Source of the DNA: an uncultured delta proteobacterium
Lineage (GTDB): Bacteria > Desulfobacterota > Desulfobacteria > Desulfobacterales > Desulfosalsimonadaceae
DNA length: 64,000 nt
Reading direction: 5' to 3'
NCBI GenBank assembly: GCA_963826785.1
Contig: CAWGYD010000006.1
Location: forward strand, 352,001-416,000
Shown here: positions 20,652 through 27,442 of the stretch, in pieces
How the letters are laid out: each line of letters begins with the position of its first letter
Numbering within the stretch: the first letter of the stretch is position 1
Notes under the pieces: generated by a model
Seen by the model: only the letters and a program-made list of their open reading frames with translations
The model's database searches: none
What the model was told of the DNA's origin: nothing
Position numbers and translations under genes: made by a program

Positions 20652-21674
20652 ATGGGCAGACCTCCCCGCCCCCTGATCATCCCTGTATTCATCCCCCATG
20701 CCGGATGCCCCCACCAGTGCGTGTTCTGCAACCAGCATGCCATCACCGGCGCAGCGACAGGGCCCCTGTCGGCAGCGGCCATACAGGAGACCATCGCGGA
20801 ATTCCTGGCCTTTCGAAAAAACCGGCCCGTGGCGGAAATTTCGTTTTATGGTGGAAATTTTCTGGGTCTTCCCGCACCGGAAATCACCGCACTGCTTGAA
20901 ATTGCCGCATCTTACGCGTATGGCGGCCAAATCGACGGCATCCGGTTTTCCACCCGGCCCGACACCGTCACCCCGGAACGGCTGGCCCTTCTTTCCAACT
21001 ACCCCGTTTCCACGGTCGAACTGGGAATCCAGTCCATGAACGACCGGGTGCTGTCATCGGCCCGGCGGGGGCACACGGCAGCCGATGCCATCCGGGCGGC
21101 CGGGCGCATCCGTGAAAAAAATTACAATTTGGGCCTGCAGATGATGACCGGGCTGCCCGGCGACACACCGGAAAAATCGATTGAAACCGCCACCGCCCTG
21201 GCCGAACTCCATCCCGATTTCGTGCGCATCTACCCCACCCTGGTGATCGCGGAAAGCCCCCTGGCCCGATGGTACCGTGAAGGAACATATGTGCCCATGT
21301 CCATGGAAGAAACGGTGAGACTGGTCAAGGATATCTGCAAGATATTCGAACACCGCCGCATCCCCGTAGCCCGCATCGGACTGCAGGCATCAAAGGAGTT
21401 AAACGATTCCGCCCGGATTCTGGCCGGCCCCTTTCACCCGGCCCTGGGGCACATGGTTCGATCCGAAATGATGCTGGATGCCGCCGTTGCAAAATTAAAG
21501 ACAAATGCCGGCCCCACCAGCACCGTCACCCTCACGGTCCATCCCCGCAGCCTGTCGCGCATGCAGGGGCTAAATAAAATTAATCTCGATATTCTCAAGC
21601 GCGAGTTTAAGATAAAAGACCTTCGCCTGCAGACCGATCCTGCACTGGACGACCAGGAGGTCCGTTTGAATTAG
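20652..21674 (+). CDS. Radical SAM protein (Elp3/HemN-like)
   Basis: IPVFIPHAGCPHQCVFCNQ, FYGGNF, STRPD, ELGIQS and RIYPTLV. Confidence 0.85.
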   Translation: MGRPPRPLIIPVFIPHAGCPHQCVFCNQHAITGAATGPLSAAAIQETIAEFLAFRKNRPVAEISFYGGNFLGLPAPEITALLEIAASYAYGGQIDGIRFSTRPDTVTPERLALLSNYPVSTVELGIQSMNDRVLSSARRGHTAADAIRAAGRIREKNYNLGLQMMTGLPGDTPEKSIETATALAELHPDFVRIYPTLVIAESPLARWYREGTYVPMSMEETVRLVKDICKIFEHRRIPVARIGLQASKELNDSARILAGPFHPALGHMVRSEMMLDAAVAKLKTNAGPTSTVTLTVHPRSLSRMQGLNKINLDILKREFKIKDLRLQTDPALDDQEVRLN

Positions 21675-22108
21675 AACCGGCCGGCCTATCCAATGGCTAT
21701 CTTTGAAAAATAAGGATTTACGGTGTAATAATGACTTATCTGGCAACTCTCGCCATTGGAAATCGCGGCACCGCTTCCGACCGGTAACGCTTTCGTCGCC
21801 GCCCTATACAAAGGCCAGAAAGAGGCGGCCCCGGACCTTGAGGCGGTCAGAATCCGGGTGTTTTGTCCATCATCCTCCCCCTGATTGTTCCAAGAATCAT
21901 CACCAGCATCCTGACTATCCATAATAACGACCAAGCCCGGCAACAATCCCGACGTCAAAACCCTGATCACTGGATCTGGCCATCATCAGCAGGCGAATTT
22001 CCGGATTAGCGGTAATCCATAGCCGGTATTACGCAAGTCCATCAGATGAAGATCTGGAAAAGAGTTGTCACCGAATTTCAATTCTTTATCTGGAGTGAAA
22101 AGACGAGT

Positions 22109-22246
22109 AGTCGATAACCATCATTAGTAATTTTTGAATTCTGGGGCTTCCCATATCTTGTATTGGCCAATTTTCAAGGAATGCTGGATGGCTGCTATTG
22201 TATGGTGCACTGGAAGGTTGGGTTATAGGGGTGAAGACTGTTGAAC
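22109..22246. repeat. Non-coding ~137-bp repeat, copy A
   Basis: Aligns by eye with 23071-23207 (shared GGGCTTCCC..ATATCTTGT, GGAATGCTGGA.GGCTGCTATTGTATGGTGCAC and terminal GAAC). Confidence 0.85.
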
Positions 22247-22310
22247 ACCCGGCATACGGCTCGGCGTCATTTCATATTGGCCCTACTGTTTTAGAATTCC
22301 ATTGCGCTTT

Positions 22311-22640
22311 TCAGGAATGGAGATTATTGGATACAACCGTCTTAATCTTGGAAAGTTCACCTGCCATTTTGTTTTCAGCGTTCCACAGATCATAAGCCTG
22401 TTGCATACGTAACCAAAGCCCAGGCCCATTTCCTGCAAACTTGCCAATCCGGAGCGCCATTTCAGTTGTAATGGGGTGGGTGCAAGCTAATATTCGATGA
22501 AGTTGCTGGCGGGAAACACCAAGACGCCTTGCTGCATCGCTGACAGACAGGCCAAGAGTTTTAAGAACATCTTCACGTAAAATTTCACCAGGATGTACTG
22601 GTTGTCTTTTAATAGGGCGTTTAACTACATATTCTCCCAT
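22311..22640 (-). CDS. higA: HigA-family antitoxin (XRE HTH)
   Basis: PVHPGEILRE, AARRLGVSRQQL, ITTEMALR and WLRMQQAYDL; start MGEYVV at 22640. Confidence 0.92.
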   Translation of the reverse strand: MGEYVVKRPIKRQPVHPGEILREDVLKTLGLSVSDAARRLGVSRQQLHRILACTHPITTEMALRIGKFAGNGPGLWLRMQQAYDLWNAENKMAGELSKIKTVVSNNLHS

Positions 22641-22650
22641 GGTTTTTACC

Positions 22651-22926
22651 TCAATGATATTGTTCAAGGTCAATCTTAAATGCATCACCAGATTCCCATT
22701 CAAAGGTAATGCACCATGGACCATTAACATGAATACTATAACGTTTTGGCTTTCCTTGAAGGCCGTGAAAATTAAAGCCAGGAACATTTAAATCCGTCAA
22801 TGATTCCGCTTGATCAAGAGCATCTAAACGTCTTAGGGACCGCTCTTGTAAATCCTGACTTAACCTTCGGGATCGGCCACCTTCAAATAACTCGGCAAGT
22901 CCCTTATGCCTGAAACTTTTTATCAT
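22651..22926 (-). CDS. higB: HigB-family (RelE-like) toxin
   Basis: MIKSFRHKGL..F, YSIHVNGPWCITFEW, C-terminal EQYH; toxin-first gene order. Confidence 0.92.
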   Translation of the reverse strand: MIKSFRHKGLAELFEGGRSRRLSQDLQERSLRRLDALDQAESLTDLNVPGFNFHGLQGKPKRYSIHVNGPWCITFEWESGDAFKIDLEQYH

Positions 22927-22933
22927 AGATTAT

Positions 22934-22961
22934 ATTGTATCACATATTGTTACAGTGTCAA
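22934..22961 (-). promoter_or_regulatory. higBA promoter overlapped by a palindromic operator
   Basis: Minus strand TTGACA-16 nt-TACAAT containing the imperfect inverted repeat TGTAAC-N7-GATACA. Confidence 0.65.
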
Positions 22962-23070
22962 AAGAAATGTTCCACAAATTCAAAAACAACGCTTGGTTTC
23001 ATTAAAGGGGCAAATCGTTAGAAGTATTTCAAACATGATGTATTTCCAAATTTTTCCAGCAGTGCGGCAC

Positions 23071-23207
23071 AGTCGATAAGCCTTACCGGCAATTCTTGAT
23101 TTTGGGCTTCCCCCATATCTTGTGGTTGCCGGTTTTCAGGAATGCTGGAGGGCTGCTATTGTATGGTGCACAGGTGAGGATGGTTTTGGTGGTGAGGACT
23201 TGTGAAC
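23071..23207. repeat. Non-coding ~137-bp repeat, copy B
   Basis: Direct repeat of 22109-22246; begins at the R' core of the attC at 23201-23257. Confidence 0.85.
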
Positions 23208-23257
23208 GATTTAATAAGTGGCGCGGCTTTTTGCGTCCACTTATTAAATCGTTCGCT
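23201..23257 (-). other. Integron attC site (57 bp)
   Basis: Minus strand AGCGAAC GATTT AATAAGTG GACGC AAAAAGCC GCG C CACTTAT TAAATC GTTCACA; its R'' (CAGCGAAC) is complementary to the GTTCGCTG core that begins this cassette. Confidence 0.8.
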
Positions 23258-23302
23258 GGCCGTAAGCGCTGTTTTTCGATTCGTGAATTTTAGAAGGCCA
23301 GT

Positions 23303-23722
23303 TTAGTACACTATCCGATATGTTTCTCCTTTGTTTGTCATCGCCATACCATATCCGTGCGGTGACCACCCCATTTCATTATGCATAAACAGCACTTCCA
23401 TAACAGTATCATTATTTCCAGTTAAAATCGCATAGCACTTGTGTTGGCCTGATCCAGAAACCGTTACTAAGCTGGATAGCTCGTTTTGATAAGTCAAAAT
23501 GCCAGCGCTCAATTGTGTGTCCGAACTGCAAGCCCAAGTTCCTCTAAGTATTTCGCCCGACATCAACTTTACTTCCATAGAAAGATCCCCCATCCCCAAA
23601 GTACCAGGTAAAGTTTTCGATGTCTGAAACTCAACGAAACGAATTGGATAGGAACAACCATAAAAGGATAAAATCATAATAACCAGAAGAGCGCTAAATA
23701 TAGTATTCTTTATTTTAGACAT
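23303..23722 (-). CDS. Hypothetical lipoprotein (gene cassette)
   Basis: Low GC, signal peptide with FYGC lipobox, bounded by attC cores. Confidence 0.75.
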   Translation of the reverse strand: MSKIKNTIFSALLVIMILSFYGCSYPIRFVEFQTSKTLPGTLGMGDLSMEVKLMSGEILRGTWACSSDTQLSAGILTYQNELSSLVTVSGSGQHKCYAILTGNNDTVMEVLFMHNEMGWSPHGYGMAMTNKGETYRIVY

Positions 23723-23786
23723 TTTTTACACTCCCATACTCATACTTGCAACATGACAGGATGAATACAAATAAATATGTTGTTAC

Positions 23787-23841
23787 AGCGAACGTGTGCA
23801 TCAGGCGCGGCGTTTAGCCGTCGCCTGATGCAATGTTATGT
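23787..23841 (-). other. Integron attC site (55 bp)
   Basis: Minus strand ACATAAC ATTGC ATCAGGCG A CGGC TAAAC GCCG C GCCTGAT GCACAC GTTCGCT; the stop codon of the upstream gene lies inside R''. Confidence 0.82.
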
Positions 23842-24594
23842 GATCATGTTTACTCTTGTTGCCATTAACTGTAACAATTGAGGATTTCTTATCATTTCAA
23901 AATAATGGATATTTGTTTCATCCTTAAGAATTTCACTGATTATTCTCCTCTTTTCGCTATCCATTCTCAAACCAAATGTGACAGTCTTGATTTGACCAGG
24001 TAGCGGTACCAACTGATTCCCTTCATTTACAACAATCCGCCACTCTTTCTCATTCTCCCAATCATTATGCTTTGAAAATATCCATTTGTAATCATTTTGG
24101 GTCGGCCCACCCTCTAAGAGCTCAGAAAAATTTACTTTAGGTGCTTCCGAAACGTACGAAACTTTCTCAGCAAATTCATTTAATAGAATCCCTATGCACA
24201 ACCCACTATGGTTGCTGGCGTAATGTGACCACATTGTCACATTCGTATTCTCTTCGGCCAGACAATAGACACCAATATTTTTTATCACATCAAGCGTGCT
24301 TGAGGCTATATTGTCAATCACCTTTTTAGCATCGTCGGTCACAATTCCATCTTGAGAAATTAATTTCCTGATATCACGGTCAATTTGATCTTCAGAACGA
24401 CCTTCACGCTTTAATTGCCACCTTATGCACTTTTCATATTTATCAAGCGGGATATTATTATCGAAATTTAAGTGGCAATCGAAAGGATCGTTAAAAGCTT
24501 CAGGTTTTGAAAACCATATTTTTTTTGTTATAAGTGCTTCAAGCAAATATTCGTTGTAAGGATAATATCTATAAAAAAGTTGATCTGCTTTCAT
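23836..24594 (-). CDS. DUF2971 domain protein (gene cassette)
   Basis: FYRYY, FNDPFDC, MWSHYASNHSGLCI, KHNDWENEKEWR and VTFG. Confidence 0.85.
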   Translation of the reverse strand: MKADQLFYRYYPYNEYLLEALITKKIWFSKPEAFNDPFDCHLNFDNNIPLDKYEKCIRWQLKREGRSEDQIDRDIRKLISQDGIVTDDAKKVIDNIASSTLDVIKNIGVYCLAEENTNVTMWSHYASNHSGLCIGILLNEFAEKVSYVSEAPKVNFSELLEGGPTQNDYKWIFSKHNDWENEKEWRIVVNEGNQLVPLPGQIKTVTFGLRMDSEKRRIISEILKDETNIHYFEMIRNPQLLQLMATRVNMIT

Positions 24595-24615
24595 AGTTAG
24601 GCCATATTAATATAT

Positions 24616-24960
24616 TTATTGTCCTGAACCATCTTGGCAATAGTAAGCATCACCGATCATTCTCGTCCCGCCCATTGTATTTGATATTACTTGAGTTAGT
24701 AGGACATTTGCTCCCAACTCCGCCGCTTTATTTTTTAATTCATTCATAGCGCTTTCAAAGCCAACTCCAGTAGCTGCAAAACCACCCCAACTTGAAGATG
24801 AAGAAACCTGACCTAAGTATTTACATCCATTGATGTTCTCAGATTGGTTTGTAACTCGAACAAGTGACCCTTTATTTGACAACATTGTCGCACAACCGGA
24901 TAGAACTATGGTAAACATTAAAGAACATAAAAACACTATCAAATAAGTTTTCTTATTCAT
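24616..24960 (-). CDS. DUF4156-like lipoprotein (gene cassette)
   Basis: Lipobox LSGC; CKYLGQV...AMNELKNKAAELGANV...AYYC. Confidence 0.75.
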   Translation of the reverse strand: MNKKTYLIVFLCSLMFTIVLSGCATMLSNKGSLVRVTNQSENINGCKYLGQVSSSSSWGGFAATGVGFESAMNELKNKAAELGANVLLTQVISNTMGGTRMIGDAYYCQDGSGQ

Positions 24961-24982
24961 ATTACTTCTCTCCGTATTTAAA

Positions 24983-25014
24983 ACATAACTGATGTTTATC
25001 TGGTTTCCAGATAA
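24983..25014 (-). other. Putative attI site
   Basis: Minus strand TTATCTGGAAACCAGATAAACATCAGTTATGT; the core GTTATGT is complementary to R'' ACATAAC of the first attC; no attC hairpin upstream. Confidence 0.62.
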
Positions 25015-25180
25015 TACGCCTACATGTGTTTTCCCATCCAGATAACACACAAGACTGTAATCGAATAGATCTATGTTAAATCAATTAATTATGTAAATTT
25101 GAGTACTATATATGCATATTATCTGGTTTCCTGATAATATGCAAAAAGCTCTCTTTGGTATGGTAGTGAATAAAAAAAAG

Positions 25181-26881
25181 GTAACCATTCAGCGAAATTC
25201 AAATACTATCCTTGGAAAAGGCCTTCCGGTAGTTTCCCGTCAAACAACGAGCGTAAGGCTTCCGTTGACGAAATTCCATGCTTGCGGCAAGTTGACAGAT
25301 AACCCCGGACACGGCAGAATATTTTTGCACCTTCAATCGAGCGAAAGCATCCCGATATCTTCTGCTGCACCTTGGTCATCCGGATATCATTTTCGGCCAT
25401 ATTATTGCTGAACGGCACGTATTCAGTATCCATAAACCGAAGTGTGTCGTTTTCAAAATCCCGAAGACGTTCCAGCAAATTCCTGGATTTGGATTTTTTA
25501 ATCCGTCCTCTTTTTCCTTTCTTGGGTCTTTCTGGCTCCGGACATTCAACTTCCGCTTTTTTGATCAGATCCCTGTATTTTTGCCGGTATTTCAACGATA
25601 TTTCAGCATCCAATGCACCGCCGGCATCGGAAACCGCGCGATGAGTCGTTTCAAGGAACGTTTTCATCTCAAGCGCCCACTTCTGGCCATCCTGCTCCCA
25701 TGATCTCGTCAACTCCCGCAGATGATGGGCATTGCAAAGGGCGTGATCGCATTCATATTTATAGTAGGGCTTCCAATGATCATGACACAATATCCCTTTG
25801 AATACCGGCAAGACGCTCATTTCGTTCATGGCATCCGTGCCCCGCTTTTCATGAGGATGGTAAAGCGTCCACAAATCGTTGGATAACCCGTGCAACCAAT
25901 GCCTTTTGCCGTTAATATTGATGCCTGTTTCATCTGCATGAGCCAGATTGGATGCAGCCAATTCGGCTTTTGTCAGATTCTCAAAGTCGCCCAAGAGTTG
26001 CCAGGCTTCTTTGTTAAAGTTGAAAATCGATCCTTCACCGATCGGTATCTGAAGCTGATCCGCAAAATAATCGCAAATACGGTTATACGGCACGAGTTGA
26101 AATTGCGACATATAGACCGAGTGGGCCTTTATACCGGCCCCATATTGTACCGCTTTATTCACGCCCTTCGGAAAAGGGGCGACAAATCGGCGTCCGCCCT
26201 CATCTTCAAGAATCTGAGCCCGGTATTCGGTAACCATTCTTGAAAAATCGATATCAAATACCTGACGCGTCTCAAATCCTGCCTGCCGGTATTGTCCGGC
26301 CGGCAATTTATGCCGGTCAATCCGGATCACCTTGATTCTGTCAGGTTTGTCAACTTTCTGAAGGGTTGTACCAACATGACCGGTTTGTCCGCCGGCCTTT
26401 TTTCCGGTCTTTTCCCGAGTCCCCTTTTTCCTGTTTGGATCGCTTGACGGCGGCTTGCTGCTGTTTGTGCTGTTTAAGCCCAAACGATTGACAAGCAGGG
26501 TGATGATCAGGATCAAAACCTCAAACATTGATTTCGTGGCTGTCGACAATTGCTTGTCTTCATGCACTATGGACTGTGCTTTTTCAATCGCTGCCTGTAT
26601 GTCAATGTTTTCGATTTTCATTCGGCCTTTTCCTGTGTCGGTTATTGAACGTACTATAACACAGGTTTTGAAACCGAAATTTTTCTCCTTGTATGCTGTT
26701 TTGGCGTGTTTAAATTTTTCAGACCGGACAGGGTATGCGTTCGAAGAGAAAGTCCTTAATTCGTCACGTGAAGCAGTCTGATCGACGAATTACAGGGATT
26801 CACTGAATGATATCTGAATTCCGTGTTTTTCTCCAAAACCCTTGTCAAGTCTTTTTTTCACTTTTTTCGCTGAATAGTTAC
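25181..26881 (-). mobile_element. IS66-family insertion sequence (single-ORF type), 1701 bp
   Basis: Terminal IRs GTAACCATTCAGCGAAA (25181) and TTTCGCTGAATAGTTAC (ends 26881); no flanking 8-bp duplication. Confidence 0.9.
25206..26621 (-). CDS. IS66 family transposase
   Basis: NSTNSSKPPSSD, GGQTGHVG, HADETG, HALCNAHHLREL, FSNNMAENDIR and KVQQKISGCFRS. Confidence 0.93.
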   Translation of the reverse strand: MKIENIDIQAAIEKAQSIVHEDKQLSTATKSMFEVLILIITLLVNRLGLNSTNSSKPPSSDPNRKKGTREKTGKKAGGQTGHVGTTLQKVDKPDRIKVIRIDRHKLPAGQYRQAGFETRQVFDIDFSRMVTEYRAQILEDEGGRRFVAPFPKGVNKAVQYGAGIKAHSVYMSQFQLVPYNRICDYFADQLQIPIGEGSIFNFNKEAWQLLGDFENLTKAELAASNLAHADETGININGKRHWLHGLSNDLWTLYHPHEKRGTDAMNEMSVLPVFKGILCHDHWKPYYKYECDHALCNAHHLRELTRSWEQDGQKWALEMKTFLETTHRAVSDAGGALDAEISLKYRQKYRDLIKKAEVECPEPERPKKGKRGRIKKSKSRNLLERLRDFENDTLRFMDTEYVPFSNNMAENDIRMTKVQQKISGCFRSIEGAKIFCRVRGYLSTCRKHGISSTEALRSLFDGKLPEGLFQG

Positions 26882-26918
26882 ACTGCATTCTCACTATCTC
26901 AAAACGCTCCGGTGGCGT

Positions 26919-27383
26919 TCATTTGGTGAAAAACATGGTCAGCACTTCGGCTACGCAGGCGGGCTTTTCCTGGTTCTCGATTTCCACCGTGTGGATGGTG
27001 GTGGTCAAAACCCTGCCGCCGCCCTTTTCCTGCACGTCCGACAGGACGATGCGGTCCCGGATGCGTGAATCGACCGGCACCGGGTTGAGCAGCCGGAGCT
27101 TGTTCATCCCGTAGTTGATGGCCATCAGGGTTCCCTCGGGAAGCAGCACATGATTTTCCGAAAAGTGGGAAAGCAGCGACACGGTCAAATAGCCGTGGGC
27201 AATCGTCTTGCCGAACGGCCCCCTGGCGGCCGCTTCCGGGTCCACGTGAATCCACTGGTGGTCCAGGGTGCAGTCGGCAAACGCGTTGATCCGGGCCTGG
27301 TCGATCTCCAGCCAGTCGGTCACGCCCAGTTCTTCCCCGATCCGCTCCCGCATCTTGTCCAAAGACAGCACTTCAACAGGCAT
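26919..27383 (-). CDS. MaoC-family dehydratase
   Basis: FADCTLDHQWIHVDP, GPFGKTIAHGYLT and NYGMNKLR. Confidence 0.9.
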   Translation of the reverse strand: MPVEVLSLDKMRERIGEELGVTDWLEIDQARINAFADCTLDHQWIHVDPEAAARGPFGKTIAHGYLTVSLLSHFSENHVLLPEGTLMAINYGMNKLRLLNPVPVDSRIRDRIVLSDVQEKGGGRVLTTTIHTVEIENQEKPACVAEVLTMFFTK

Positions 27384-27442
27384 GGCAACTCCTTTCCAGT
27401 AGTATTAAATTCAGGTGTTTTTGCTCCTCTGAAAGCAATATC

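Larger units (their letters stand above)
22240..25014 (-). mobile_element. Integron gene-cassette array lacking an integrase gene in the window
   Basis: attI-like site, two attC sites with matching cores, co-oriented AT-rich short genes and a TA module. Confidence 0.78.

Noticed and set aside
20652..21674. Activating enzyme for the glycyl radical enzyme
   Set aside because: Elp3/HemN-like motifs; lacks the GCPLRCxWCxNPE activase signature and is operonic with rnc
21686..22100. Short ORFs between the radical SAM gene and the cassette array
   Set aside because: No recognisable motifs, RBS or attC boundaries, so a gene call is not supported
25054..25081. dif/Xer site (CTATGTTAAAT resembles a XerD arm)
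   Set aside because: No XerC-like arm at 6-bp spacing
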